From Giardia intestinalis (Eukaryota): a DNA stretch of 64,000 bases. Below the pieces are notes generated by a model, which was not told the DNA's origin, ran no database searches, and was given only the letters and a program-made list of their open reading frames with translations. The stretch lies in NCBI GenBank assembly GCA_000002435.2, contig CM018791.1. The stretch is one strand, 5' to 3'. Position numbers and translations under genes: made by a program. This document shows positions 1 to 10,798 of this stretch, one piece after another. How positions within the stretch are numbered: the first letter of the stretch is position 1; each line of letters begins with the position of its first letter.

Positions 1-531
1 AAACATCTGTTGAAAAGCTTATTTAGTAGGTGTCCGCTATCTAGAACGCTTTTGTCCACCTTGAGGTCGTGACCAATCATGACCTTCATCGCAGAGGTAT
101 TCCAAGGGCTGCTGGAACTGAAGCTCCAGTCATCCACCAGGGTAAAGCTCACGTCAAGGACATTTCCGCTGTTGTTGACAAGTGACTCATACTGAGGATG
201 CAACACTAAGGCTGAGATGCATTGATCATAGATTGATTGAGTGGGGGGAATGTTCGGTAGAATACGCTTCAGCACATCGGGGGACTGAGACCCATCTTCA
301 TTGATGACGGCATACCTGTACGCTCGCATATCCTCTGTGTCTGCACGATCTTCTGAAAGCCTCTCCAAGGTGTCTGTAATATCCAGGTCTAGCTCCCACA
401 GAGGCCCGTTTCTACGCATAAAAACCATTGGTTCCTTTGCAAAGGAAGACAGGAGAGCTAGGCGCTGTGTGGGGTGCGCCACGTAGTTGTCTACCACGAA
501 GCGGATATTGACCCTGAGTGCGTGATCCATT
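1..531 (-). CDS. hypothetical protein, N-terminal part (gene continues past the window start)
   Basis: My own translation of the minus strand gives an open frame from ATG at 531..529 (MDHALRVNIRFVVDNYVAHPTQRL...) to the window edge with no stop. A/T-rich initiator (GAAAAACAATGG) lies directly upstream. It is absent from the ORF track because it is truncated. Confidence 0.45.
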
Positions 532-681
532 GTTTTTCTTCCAGCTTTGTAGAGTAGCTGTAGTGGAAAAATAAATGACATTTTACATTAAAAAGCATTT
601 AAGCTGCCGAATTGCAAATTCCCGTCCTCCTTGGATCCTTGGATTTAGCAGTTCTCTGTCCACCAGCTTAGTAGAGCTACC
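532..681. promoter_or_regulatory. divergent A/T-rich intergenic promoter region between the minus gene starting at 531 and the plus gene starting at 682
   Basis: 150-bp spacer with A/T-rich runs (gaaaaataaatgacattttacattaaaaagcatttaag) between two outward-facing ATGs. Confidence 0.4.
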
Positions 682-1455
682 ATGAAAGAAGGTACAAGAG
701 AAGGATTTGCAGACGAAGTCTTCAAGGAGTTTTTAGCGCAAAACTCGAGCACAATTCAGGACTCTATCCTGATGATACAAAAGATCTGCCTCATTCAGGC
801 ATTCACTCGTGGCTATCTTGTGCATAGACGGTACTGTATTGTGAATGAGAGCGCCATCGTCATCCAGAAGAACTATCTGCGAAAGCGAGCAGTAACTGAA
901 ACGAACAAACTATTTGATGCTGCGATGTATCTGCGCCGGAAGGACTTCTTTGATAACCATGCAACGGTCATCCAAGCCGCTTTTCGCGGGTTCTATGCGC
1001 GAAAGTATATCCTTGACGCTAGTCAGCGGAGAAAGTACATAGCGGCTGTCGCAACCGTTTCGGCGAATCTTGCCGAGGAGGCCCGAGAATTCAGTAAGAA
1101 ATGTGCTGCAGAGAAGGTGGCTGAGGAAAATCAGAGGAAAGCGGCATATATAAAGAGCCTTGCCCATCAACATCACCTACGATCCACAAAGGCTATACCG
1201 GGAGTTTACAAGCCTCAATTTCCTATGTCACCTCAAACGATAGATGGACGGGCCATAGATGACATCATAAAGGCTGAGGGACTTGCAGTGGCAAAGAAAG
1301 CTACGTACTCTGTTACCCGCTCGCGCACATCAAAGTTTCCTTTGCTAAGTAGTGCACCATCGGCCCCAAAGAACTCTAGCGCCCTTGCCAGCGGCGCCAC
1401 AAATTTACTCTCTCCTGTTCCAGCCCCTCTCTCAGGTCTATCTAATAGAACCTAG
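682..1455 (+). CDS. IQ calmodulin-binding motif protein
   Basis: ATG at 682. Three IQ-like motifs (IQKICLIQAFTRGYLVHRRY, VIQKNYLRKRA, VIQAAFRGFYARKYI) and a basic, coiled C-terminal half. Confidence 0.65.
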   Translation: MKEGTREGFADEVFKEFLAQNSSTIQDSILMIQKICLIQAFTRGYLVHRRYCIVNESAIVIQKNYLRKRAVTETNKLFDAAMYLRRKDFFDNHATVIQAAFRGFYARKYILDASQRRKYIAAVATVSANLAEEAREFSKKCAAEKVAEENQRKAAYIKSLAHQHHLRSTKAIPGVYKPQFPMSPQTIDGRAIDDIIKAEGLAVAKKATYSVTRSRTSKFPLLSSAPSAPKNSSALASGATNLLSPVPAPLSGLSNRT

Positions 1456-1483
1456 AAATGGTTGTGATGTAGTTCATGGACTT

Positions 1484-4400
1484 TTAAACAATGAAGCAGA
1501 AGCATAACAATAAGGCATTATCCCTATAACTATTGTGGATTTGGTTGGACAGACTCTCCAACCGCTTCCTTTTCGCCTTCATTTTTTCATCCAATTGATG
1601 CAATCGCGTATTCTTTCCCATTTGATTCTCATGTTTTTCCTTATGGGCATCCATCTTGGCGCGCACAGCTTGGTATTGCTTATGTAGCGCATTTATGTCG
1701 GACTTCTGAGTGACCATCTCTGCCTCTGCGGCGCATACTCCCTCTGCGATCAACTTACATTTTAATAACTGCAAAACCTGACTTGCGCTGACCATGTTGT
1801 GAGTTAATAGGGAATGTAAAATCTTAAGCGCTGCATCTGACACCTCTATTTCCCTTAGCTCTGAAAGGATCTCTGGCATCTGGTGTGACTGGTCTGTGGC
1901 AACTGTCACATTCAGCGCATTGAACATTAAATGTACTAGAGAGTATTGGTTACTCAGGCCAGCTTGAGACTTTGCTTTGGAACCATCACACACTCGCAAC
2001 CGCAACGCTTGCAGTTTTGAGGTCTCTCTTTCGTGGTCAGGTTCGGTTATAAACCGCAGCTGTACTGCCATAGCTATTGTGTCTAGTAATGGGTATACTT
2101 TGCCGGCCATCAGGGGGTCTTTTAACCTTTCACAGATAGGTAGGAAGACCTCTAACAGGGTAGTAGTAACTTCCATACCTACAGCAGAAGCAGGGACAGC
2201 TAGTCGGATGAGGTACTCTTCTAGAGGATACTCGTGGAGTACTTCTGCAAGCAACGATGCGTTCGAGTCCAGCATCTCCTTAAGGTAACGCAAAGCACCT
2301 AATGCAACTTGCTTGCGATCCCAGTTAGCAAACTGAAAGATTAAAGCGTTAACCTTTGCGATATTTTCAGTGTCAAGTTCATTATTAAGGAGTGTAAAGA
2401 TCTGTAAGATGAGACAGTATGCTATGTCCAAGCCCGTAAACACAGATGTACACTGATATTTAAGAGGAGTAGAAGAAATGAAAGGAAACGCGACCGAGGG
2501 TTGGAGGTCGTAGAACACAGCTAGGTCCTTCTGTGTGTACACGGTGTACACACCGTTAGATGCCATAGCCAAGTAGGTACATGCCTTGAGCAGTGGGTCT
2601 GATCGACACCTCAAGAAAAGTTCATCCGTCAAGCCAAAGCAAGAAGCAGCAACCGCGCTAATTGGAAGCCCCATCGCATCGGCTACCATGTGCATATCTA
2701 CATAATGTGATTGTTGAAAGAGACAAAGTTCAATAGTCTGGAGGAGGTGGACCAGACTCATCTGGTAACTTGTTGCCGCGGATGCTAGGTGAGTTATGAA
2801 CACTGTTAGGCTAGGCCCGCCCTCTACATCTGGCGCTGCGATATAGGCACTCGCAAAAGCTGCGGAAAGCTCGACAAATATTCGCTCCTGACCGCCTCTG
2901 TTCTGATACCCGAAATCTCTAGTGAATCCACTGTGATAGGTGGCATGAAGCTGTAGTATGCGCAAAAGGCTCTTTAACCATGCCCCATGCAGCTCATCTC
3001 CATCTTTGTAAGCCTGTGCAGATATGCTTTTCACAAATCCGATGTTTTCAAATAGCCAATCCACAAACCTCGCCCAGAAGCTAACTTCATGCCTCTCAGT
3101 GGTGTTGTATCTGTCAAACGTGATTGCAGTATAAGTCTTCATCTCATGAGGGCAGACCACAGCCTCTAATGCACGCAAGAGTAAGATTGGATTTGATGAA
3201 AATAACAATCTGAAGTAGAGCACCAGATCCTCTTCACTAAGGGTATCGTTTCTGCATAAAGATGACAGCAAGAGTCGGGACACAAAACATACTTCTAGAA
3301 TGTTCTCTACTGAAGAATTCAGAGCTAATGCCTGCTTCAAAAGCGAACAAGCTCTGAAATACGAAAGCCTAGAAGGATGCTTAACATCTAGATAGCCGCG
3401 CTTAACATACAGTGTCACCGAGAGCTCCGTTGCATACAATATCGTTGATTGTGGCTCTATGTTACAGGAGTAAATAGGCTCATAAATCCGCTCGGATGCA
3501 TGTGAGACTATTCTATAGATAACTAACTGAGGATGTGCACGTGGAATTGCAAACAATAACCAGGTAGATTCGGTCGAAACAGATGCTTCACACAAGACCC
3601 AATAAAATGAAGAAAATTCAGAAAAGCTACTGATGGGACTGGTAAGTGCTTGCTCATTATTCTCCTTCTCTTGTAAAACTCTTCTGAGATAAAAGGATTT
3701 TCTGAATCTTTCTAAAGGTATGGCGATCTTAGGTGAGGATGAAAGTATCTTGTACTCCTGTTCATGATTAACAAAGACAGAGACTGAGCGTAAAGAACAT
3801 GCTTTGGACGCCAGGACAAGCTCTGGCCTAAGTATCACACTAATGAGTTCATGGTCTGTTGTCAGACCTAAGAAGTGGATAGTGATAGACTTAGATTCTG
3901 CAGTATCCATGCTCTCGGGTCCCTGCAGTGCCACTGGGAATAAAAGTAAAGATCCATCGCAACTCAGTACTGATTCTAAAAGATCAGTACTCAATTGAGA
4001 GGCGAAGTCAAGTTCAAGAAAAGTTGCGCTTGTGTGTGTCAAAATGTGTTCTTGTAGGTGATCAGACCGAAAAGGGTCGACAAGAAGCTCTTCCTTTGTG
4101 ACGATATCATATGATGTACTACGCTGTCCGGCCTGTCCAGTATCTTCCAAGTCATTCAATGCTTGAAAATGCGCCTTTTTATTTCCCTTCATAACCCGTG
4201 CAATGACACTATCCGCTTGCACCAGCTTTTCTTGCTCTTCGAAGCTGGTATCCCCGGCTATTGCGGGAGCTTCCGAGGTCAAGGTTAAGGAGCTAAACGG
4301 TGAGACTAATACAACAAGGAGCTTAGTGCTGGTCACAACGGCCACGTACACATCTTGTTCGTGTTGCTGGATAATGCATGTTGCAATAAGCGGCTCGGTA

Positions 4401-6025
4401 GTATGGAATATGCAAGAGCTGTATGCTGGGGGTGGGATGCAGAAAGAGGCCAGATCTGTGTAGACAACCATACCATCCTGAATACGGGAGAACGAACCAG
4501 TAAACGATTGCTGCAACGCAGCATGCAAGGTTGTAGACAAGAGAAACCGTGGAGAAGCTATACAGATTACACCTCCGTCCTCGGAGATATAGCTTGGTGC
4601 AGTCAGTGGAACCCCGGGATAACAGGGAATAACTATCTCAGCTGCAAGCCTCCATACATAGGAGGCCGTCGCGTATACGGCCATGCAATAGAACCCCTGT
4701 CCTCTATGGAGCACAAGCACATGATGTCCTTGATCCAATCGCACCCCTTTAACCATAACCAGTTCTGCATGCTGACTCCCAGGACTAGGGACACGTAACG
4801 GAAATACAATATGTGGATTGCGCAGTACTAAGGGATCATAGAGACACACAGAAGATGGATAGATTGCCATGGTGTTTGCAGAAAACGTCAGGTTATCAGT
4901 AAAGTTCTTAGGAACACCATAGTACTGCTTGTACCACTCCAGGTCATCGTGCTCTCCCATGTAGGACGAAGGGGTCCAGCTGACGTCCTCAATGGACTCT
5001 AGGGCAATTTCTCGGCCTTCATATGGGATGTACTTCTGTGCGACATTGGTAGAGCATGCACATTCATGTGGTGTAGCAGACTCGGCAGTTGCTTTACAGC
5101 ATGCAGTGTGTGCTTCGCTCTTGGTGGATACGCCTGGTTTGGATTGTAGCTGGGGCCGACATGTCAAAATCACAAACCGTCCATCGCTTGTAAAGCCGTG
5201 GAAATCCAACGGTTGATCCTGTTTGCGCCAGCTACACGGTACCCAGCCAACTCTATCTCTGGATAGCTCCTGCTTGAATTGAGCACGAAGTTCCGAGGAG
5301 AAGTTCAATTGCTTGGCGAATGTAACGTCAAAATGCGAAGAGGAAGCATCGGCTAATACAAGAAGGTATGAGCCAGAGTCGTTGGTGGACACATGGACAG
5401 CTAATAAGAGCCCCGTGGGGTCAAAGGATGCTTTTAGCTTGCGCAGAGAGACAGTGGTGGGTAGCTCTAAGTGATGCACGACTGTGCACAAGTGTTTGAG
5501 AGCAGGGAGGGCGCAGATGCATTCGTCCTCGTAAAACATGATGGTGAGGGAGCAGTCTGCATGAAGAACGCAGTATGCAAAGAGTCCTGCAGAAGAAGTA
5601 GTGATGCAAAAGATATCTGATGGCAGGCGAGCAGCCATAAGCTTTAGCTGAATTGAGCTGGAAAACCCGCCCTCTGTTACATGGCACTCGTAAAGAGAGT
5701 CATCCACCATGTATAACAGCATATTCGGATAGAGTAATGAAGCAGCCATAATTGGGGAGGAAAACTGGCATGTGTATGGAGAAATGGACGTTGATTTAGA
5801 ATATGACAGAGAGTGTTCATACACCGCAAATATCCCTCCATCATCAGTAGGAAACACCCCAATTAAGGTGTCGCTGGACCCAGAAGCCAGAGGATAGCGG
5901 GAAAAACTGGCAGGAATAATACTGTCCATAAATGTCAGCCAAAAATGCCAGCTAAGATTTAAGTTTATTAATTGAAAGTATGATTTGCCATGTGTTTGTT
6001 GCTTATGGAGGCACAACGGCAGCAT
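1484..6025 (-). CDS. large hypothetical protein (1513 aa), predicted mixed beta/alpha-solenoid architecture
   Basis: Uninterrupted 4.5-kb ORF. ATG at 6025 preceded by GAAAAACTAAAATG initiator. No recognisable catalytic motif; C-terminal basic coiled segment (KAKRKRLESL). Confidence 0.65.
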   Translation of the reverse strand: MLPLCLHKQQTHGKSYFQLINLNLSWHFWLTFMDSIIPASFSRYPLASGSSDTLIGVFPTDDGGIFAVYEHSLSYSKSTSISPYTCQFSSPIMAASLLYPNMLLYMVDDSLYECHVTEGGFSSSIQLKLMAARLPSDIFCITTSSAGLFAYCVLHADCSLTIMFYEDECICALPALKHLCTVVHHLELPTTVSLRKLKASFDPTGLLLAVHVSTNDSGSYLLVLADASSSHFDVTFAKQLNFSSELRAQFKQELSRDRVGWVPCSWRKQDQPLDFHGFTSDGRFVILTCRPQLQSKPGVSTKSEAHTACCKATAESATPHECACSTNVAQKYIPYEGREIALESIEDVSWTPSSYMGEHDDLEWYKQYYGVPKNFTDNLTFSANTMAIYPSSVCLYDPLVLRNPHIVFPLRVPSPGSQHAELVMVKGVRLDQGHHVLVLHRGQGFYCMAVYATASYVWRLAAEIVIPCYPGVPLTAPSYISEDGGVICIASPRFLLSTTLHAALQQSFTGSFSRIQDGMVVYTDLASFCIPPPAYSSCIFHTTEPLIATCIIQQHEQDVYVAVVTSTKLLVVLVSPFSSLTLTSEAPAIAGDTSFEEQEKLVQADSVIARVMKGNKKAHFQALNDLEDTGQAGQRSTSYDIVTKEELLVDPFRSDHLQEHILTHTSATFLELDFASQLSTDLLESVLSCDGSLLLFPVALQGPESMDTAESKSITIHFLGLTTDHELISVILRPELVLASKACSLRSVSVFVNHEQEYKILSSSPKIAIPLERFRKSFYLRRVLQEKENNEQALTSPISSFSEFSSFYWVLCEASVSTESTWLLFAIPRAHPQLVIYRIVSHASERIYEPIYSCNIEPQSTILYATELSVTLYVKRGYLDVKHPSRLSYFRACSLLKQALALNSSVENILEVCFVSRLLLSSLCRNDTLSEEDLVLYFRLLFSSNPILLLRALEAVVCPHEMKTYTAITFDRYNTTERHEVSFWARFVDWLFENIGFVKSISAQAYKDGDELHGAWLKSLLRILQLHATYHSGFTRDFGYQNRGGQERIFVELSAAFASAYIAAPDVEGGPSLTVFITHLASAATSYQMSLVHLLQTIELCLFQQSHYVDMHMVADAMGLPISAVAASCFGLTDELFLRCRSDPLLKACTYLAMASNGVYTVYTQKDLAVFYDLQPSVAFPFISSTPLKYQCTSVFTGLDIAYCLILQIFTLLNNELDTENIAKVNALIFQFANWDRKQVALGALRYLKEMLDSNASLLAEVLHEYPLEEYLIRLAVPASAVGMEVTTTLLEVFLPICERLKDPLMAGKVYPLLDTIAMAVQLRFITEPDHERETSKLQALRLRVCDGSKAKSQAGLSNQYSLVHLMFNALNVTVATDQSHQMPEILSELREIEVSDAALKILHSLLTHNMVSASQVLQLLKCKLIAEGVCAAEAEMVTQKSDINALHKQYQAVRAKMDAHKEKHENQMGKNTRLHQLDEKMKAKRKRLESLSNQIHNSYRDNALLLCFCFIV

Positions 6026-6239
6026 TTTAGTTTTTCACTAGCTATGGCATGACGGGCTTTATGATGGCGTCCGGCAAATTGTGTATAACGTTTTGAACTA
6101 GCAATCGTCATAGCAAGCACCACAGCTTAAAATGTGATGAATATAATGAAGGGTTGCCACACTCAGGAGGTCCCCGACTGCTATGGACCTCGTAGATGAT
6201 TTTGTGCCCTTGTGTCCCTCAGATAGTAAATTTGGTAGG

Positions 6240-6617
6240 TCACCGAGGAGAATCTGGTGGCATCGACGAGTCTATGATCGGAACCATGGGGGCCTCACGC
6301 TGAAGACCAATTATCCCGCCATCAATAATATATGTTGGCAGCTTGGGGTACGCTCTAGCTATTCTATTGGCCGAGAGGAGTGCCCGTGCTGCGGACGTAC
6401 GACAGTAAATAAAGCATGCATCAGCTTCGTGCAACTGCTTGATTTGATCAGTATTGGCTACAACCTTGGTGAATGGCACATGCACACTATTAGCAACGAT
6501 CCCGCCATCGCGATTGTAATCCACATCCCGTACATCCAAAGTGACTGGACGGCTGAATGTGGAAAGAAGGGGGAGGTAGTCTGTCGGTTTGATAGTCTGT
6601 GGCAAGCTCGCAAGCAT
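6240..6617 (-). CDS. rhodanese-domain protein with CX5R active-site loop (Cdc25/Acr2-like phosphatase or arsenate-reductase fold)
   Basis: ORF track 6240..6632 starts with TTG; first ATG is at 6617. Motif YCRTSAARA (C-X5-R) is preceded by a VTLDVRDVDY...VHVPF rhodanese-like segment. The overlapping plus-strand ORF 6183..6707 has no motif support. Confidence 0.55.
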   Translation of the reverse strand: MLASLPQTIKPTDYLPLLSTFSRPVTLDVRDVDYNRDGGIVANSVHVPFTKVVANTDQIKQLHEADACFIYCRTSAARALLSANRIARAYPKLPTYIIDGGIIGLQREAPMVPIIDSSMPPDSPR

Positions 6618-6678
6618 CACGTTCCCAGTCAATCTATGGCCTTACCGAGGCCCAGCGCTTTAATTATTTCACGCTCAA
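6618..6678. promoter_or_regulatory. 61-bp bidirectional promoter between the rhodanese gene (-) and the ankyrin-RING gene (+)
   Basis: Divergent ATGs 61 bp apart; A/T-rich ctttaattatttcacgctcaaATG. Confidence 0.45.
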
Positions 6679-9474
6679 ATGTCCAATGCCCAACTCCTTT
6701 GGTTTAATGCTGTCACATGCAATAGGATCGATGACGTTCGATATCATCTTCCCAAGTATGCAAAGACGTTTAATGAGCAGTCTGAGACTGCTCTTATGAT
6801 TGCTGTGCGACTGAATAACCTAGAGATGGCTACGATCCTGGCGGATACAGAAGCGACACTGACCAACTCTGATGGTCGTACTGCTCTCATGATAGCTGCT
6901 ATCTGCGGTCATGTCGAGATGGCGCGTCTTTTAGTAGAGCGGGAAGCACGAATTCAAGACAACTGTGGGATGACCGCGCTCATGTTTGCCATCCTTTGTG
7001 AGAATAAGCACGTAGTAGAGCTATTAGCTAGTTATGAATCAGGATTGTCGACACTGAAAGAGGTCATGGTAGGTCACCTTGATGATAATTATCTTGAACG
7101 AGAAGACAATGGCACGGATACACTTTCTGACAGCTCTTCTGTCCTATCTGCTCAAACACCTACATCCGTTACGTCAGACCGAGGAAGACGGAAAGTCGTT
7201 GTGCAACGAAAGAGGTTATCATGTAGCAGACACATAGCCCCATACTACTCTGTGCCCATAGGATACACGTCATTGCTATTTGCTATTCTATGCAAAGATG
7301 CCTACTCGGTGCAGCTTTTGAACTCAGAGCACCACATTTTAGTCTATGATCGACACAGGGATAGATTTATTACCCCATCCATTCTTGCCGTAGAACTAGG
7401 GCATATGGAGGTACTCAAAAGCCTTACCAGCCATGGACCAAGTCCTCTAACGGAGTCTGGACACTGTGCCCTGTACGTAGCTATTTTGCAAGGAAATATA
7501 GAGTGCATATCGCTGTTGTATGAATGCGAGAAGCACCTTCTTTCAGATGAGCGTATCTGCATGTCATCGGCGATGATTTGGTTAATAGAAAAGATAGTCG
7601 CATGTAATCCTACTTGCGAAGGCAATCCAATCTTCGTAGAATTTTTAAATAATTTGTTTAAATCAGATAACGCTCGGGAAAAAGACAGCCATGGAATGAC
7701 TCTTTTGCTAATGGGTGCAGCACTAAACTTACCTTGGCTTGTCCAGGCAATTCTAGACAGTGTTCCGGAAGCACTATGTGATACTGACAGTCAAGGGTGG
7801 ACTGCACTTCACTACGCAGCGGCAGCAGATAGTGTTGATACGGGGAAGTTGCTGCAGAAGAAACTCATAGGCAGCGTCGATATAAAAGGTTGTACGTCTC
7901 TTATGATTGCTGCTAAGCATGGCAGTTCTTCCATGATTAAGAGTCTTCGAAATGAAAGCACGCTGATTGACAGGCAAGGCCAAAGCGCCCTCATGCTACT
8001 TATCCAGGGAGCAGCTTCTTGTCCATGGCGGGAGCGACAAATTACAATACTAGAATCAGCACAATACATTCTTGAGGAGGAGGCAGGAATAATTAACGGT
8101 GCCTCGCGATCGGCTCTCATGCTTTCTGTCTGGCATCGGTTTTATGATCTAGCTCTCCGACTGACCGCCTATGAGAAGGGTCATCAAGATAAAAGCGGAC
8201 ACACAGCACTAATATTAGCTGTATACGTTGATTGTAGTAACGCTACACTACTTGAACGACTCAGCCAGATAGAGTCGTCACTAAGATTAAGCAATCAGTT
8301 TGGAGGCGGGAAAAGCCCTCTAATGCTTGCTATAGAGCGAGAAGCAAATCCTGTGCTACTGGATATCTTGTTGAAAAGCCAGCTTGCAACTGGCTTGATT
8401 GATGCAGCAGGCTGTAGTGCACTTATGTATGCCATAGAAAAGAAAAACACTGACCTAGGGCTACAGCTTGCACATGTTCCGGCCGAGCTAGGGCATGCAT
8501 GCTTTGCCAAAAGACAGACTGCTTTGATGAAGGCCATTCTTTCTAAACTAGATGATGTCGCAATTGTGCTTGCTTCTCGTGCGCTTGAGCTGCACAAGCA
8601 AGACTATAAAGGAAGAACGGCTCTGATGCATGCAATCGACTCTAAAAATGAAACGCTCGCCCTCATTTTGGCAGAGTCAGAGCAGAACCATCGTGACATC
8701 AACGGCAAAACAGCTCTTATTCATGCAATAGAAAGGAAGCCATCCCTCCTTTATAGGCTTAGACTGTGGGACGAGGTGCTATTATCTGATAACGATGGGC
8801 TAACACCCCTAGATTATGTAAAGCGACATCGCTCTGAACTGGTGCAGGTCAGAAATAGGCATACTAAAGCGGTTTCCACTCACAGCCTCACCGTTGACTT
8901 AATTGTGCACGGCATGGGAACACCGCTTACAGATCCCGTGAAGACATACAAGTACTTTAAGCAATACATGTACCGGGCCTATGACCGCATGGCCCTCTTT
9001 GCACGTCGGTTACTTACACGCCGGCAGGTCGATCGACATGCTAATGTCAGCAGAGAACATCTGACTAGTGGCTTGTCAGACAACACAGGTGTCGCTATTT
9101 CCCCGGCTCTAAGTCACAACATCATGCTCCAAGAAAGCCCAGTCATAAGCCAATGGTCCACGGGAATATTTCAGATAGCGAATATACTACTAGATATATT
9201 TGAATACGATTGGAATCAGCAGGTGTTTTGGGCCGATATCCCCAGCCTGCTTGATGAGTATTTGCAGACAATCAGAGCAATCGAAGGCAGTCACACTCTT
9301 AGAGATGATGAGCTCTATGAAGATTTTTGTTGTATCTGCATGGATGCTCCTGTGAAGACAGTCTTGATGCCGTGTAGACATGCCGTCCTGTGCGAGCATT
9401 GCAGCCTCAACATAAAAAAGATGTGCCCCATCTGTCGCCATACAGTCACTGATACGATAGAAATAGACCCATAA
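6679..9474 (+). CDS. ankyrin-repeat protein with C-terminal C3HC4 RING finger (putative E3 ubiquitin ligase)
   Basis: ATG at 6679. More than 15 ankyrin-like repeats (TALMIAA..GHVEMARLL). C-terminus CCICMDAPVKTVLMPCRHAVLCEHCSLNIKKMCPICRH is a RING/MIB-type finger. Confidence 0.8.
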   Translation: MSNAQLLWFNAVTCNRIDDVRYHLPKYAKTFNEQSETALMIAVRLNNLEMATILADTEATLTNSDGRTALMIAAICGHVEMARLLVEREARIQDNCGMTALMFAILCENKHVVELLASYESGLSTLKEVMVGHLDDNYLEREDNGTDTLSDSSSVLSAQTPTSVTSDRGRRKVVVQRKRLSCSRHIAPYYSVPIGYTSLLFAILCKDAYSVQLLNSEHHILVYDRHRDRFITPSILAVELGHMEVLKSLTSHGPSPLTESGHCALYVAILQGNIECISLLYECEKHLLSDERICMSSAMIWLIEKIVACNPTCEGNPIFVEFLNNLFKSDNAREKDSHGMTLLLMGAALNLPWLVQAILDSVPEALCDTDSQGWTALHYAAAADSVDTGKLLQKKLIGSVDIKGCTSLMIAAKHGSSSMIKSLRNESTLIDRQGQSALMLLIQGAASCPWRERQITILESAQYILEEEAGIINGASRSALMLSVWHRFYDLALRLTAYEKGHQDKSGHTALILAVYVDCSNATLLERLSQIESSLRLSNQFGGGKSPLMLAIEREANPVLLDILLKSQLATGLIDAAGCSALMYAIEKKNTDLGLQLAHVPAELGHACFAKRQTALMKAILSKLDDVAIVLASRALELHKQDYKGRTALMHAIDSKNETLALILAESEQNHRDINGKTALIHAIERKPSLLYRLRLWDEVLLSDNDGLTPLDYVKRHRSELVQVRNRHTKAVSTHSLTVDLIVHGMGTPLTDPVKTYKYFKQYMYRAYDRMALFARRLLTRRQVDRHANVSREHLTSGLSDNTGVAISPALSHNIMLQESPVISQWSTGIFQIANILLDIFEYDWNQQVFWADIPSLLDEYLQTIRAIEGSHTLRDDELYEDFCCICMDAPVKTVLMPCRHAVLCEHCSLNIKKMCPICRHTVTDTIEIDP

Positions 9475-9518
9475 GCGACTACTACCAGATACTCATCAAA
9501 TCCAGTAAAATAAATCAA

Positions 9519-10661
9519 ATGCTTCAGTTTTCGTCTGCAGAGGACCTGCGCACAAAGCTGACTCTCGCGACGATCGCAAGCAAGCACATTACAATAGAGA
9601 CACCCGGCTTGCGTTTAGAGGAGCATGAAGTAGCGTTTGCCAAGTTGATATGCGGTATTTCAGATGGAACAAGCCTGACCGTTTCTCCTACAGGGACTAG
9701 GATGGTTTTTAAGCCTGGCATGCTTCGCGGTGGTGACGTGACGTTCTCTTGCCCGCTGGAACGCGGTGTGGGCTACTATCTGGAGTATTTCGTTTTAATT
9801 GCAATGTTCTGCAAGTTTCAACTACGATTGACCCTTACGGGCGTAACGAATGACAATTACACACTTTCTGTAGACACGATAAGGGATGTAACCATTCCTC
9901 AAATAGCATTTTTCTGCGCTGACAAAGACGACATTTATCTGGATGTTAAGTCTCGTGGGTTCATGCCTGGAGGGGGAGGAGAAGTCACTCTTGTAGCTCG
10001 GCCACAGGACAAGCTAAAATCTGTCGACTACAGTAAGCTGTCGATTTTCGAAGAGGTGCGCGGGTGCTGTGTCTCAGCTAACCTGCCAACCGCCCTCCCC
10101 AACCGTGCAATCACTGCTGCAAAGGGTGAGATTCTAAAGGTCCTCGCAAACGTCCACGTGGCAGCAGACTATTGTCAGAAGAGACGCAGTGGGAACAGTC
10201 GCGGCTTTGGACTATCTCTCTGGGCAAAAACATACTCTGGAGCACTGGTCAGCGCAGACCTCTTCACAGATACTGTCACAGAGGATCTTGCTGATCCGGA
10301 GGCCATGGGGCTGTTTGTTGCACGGGTGCTCTTGCGGGAAATTCAGTACATGGGGGCTCCTGACCTTAGGCATCAGCCAATTATTCTGCTGTTCATGGCG
10401 TGTACCATTGAAGATGTGTCTAAGTGCAGGCTTGGACCGCTAACAGAGCGTTCTGTGCGGACTCTGCGTTTAATCTACGAGATATTAGGTGTGCGGTTTT
10501 CGCTGGAACCAGTCACAATTGCATTTGAAGAGGATTATGTCAGCGAAAAGGAGTGGCGAAGTGATAATGCACGAGATATAATGAAGACTAAGACCCTCGA
10601 TTTTGTCATTGCCATGTGCAGGGGAGCTGGAATTCGCAATATTAATAAGATGGGCTTCTGA
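9519..10661 (+). CDS. RCL1: RNA 3'-terminal phosphate cyclase family protein (Rcl1-like, pre-rRNA processing)
   Basis: ATG at 9519 after AGTAAAATAAATCAAATG. Blocks GTRMVFKPGMLRGGDVTFSCPLERGVGYYLEYF, LTLTGVTND, RGFMPGGGGEV and GFGLSLWAKTYSGALVSADL match the Rcl1/RtcA family, including human RCL1 as I remember it. Confidence 0.8.
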   Translation: MLQFSSAEDLRTKLTLATIASKHITIETPGLRLEEHEVAFAKLICGISDGTSLTVSPTGTRMVFKPGMLRGGDVTFSCPLERGVGYYLEYFVLIAMFCKFQLRLTLTGVTNDNYTLSVDTIRDVTIPQIAFFCADKDDIYLDVKSRGFMPGGGGEVTLVARPQDKLKSVDYSKLSIFEEVRGCCVSANLPTALPNRAITAAKGEILKVLANVHVAADYCQKRRSGNSRGFGLSLWAKTYSGALVSADLFTDTVTEDLADPEAMGLFVARVLLREIQYMGAPDLRHQPIILLFMACTIEDVSKCRLGPLTERSVRTLRLIYEILGVRFSLEPVTIAFEEDYVSEKEWRSDNARDIMKTKTLDFVIAMCRGAGIRNINKMGF

Positions 10662-10798
10662 TTGAACTGCGGCTTAATTTCGGTTTACTGCAGTGCTCTA
10701 GTGAATTATATGGAAGATGTTTTTAGACACAGTTCATCAGACACATTTTAGTTACAGGGTTGAGACACATTTTAATTAAAAAATTTATAGCGTCCCCT

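Noticed and set aside
910-1176. 88-aa antisense ORF inside the IQ-motif gene and other similar small nested ORFs
   Set aside because: Nested in a motif-supported gene on the opposite strand. GTG/TTG starts are allowed by the ORF track but not expected in a eukaryote.
6183-6707. Plus-strand 174-aa ORF overlapping the rhodanese gene
   Set aside because: No recognisable motifs and no initiator context. The antisense (minus) frame carries the rhodanese CX5R signature.
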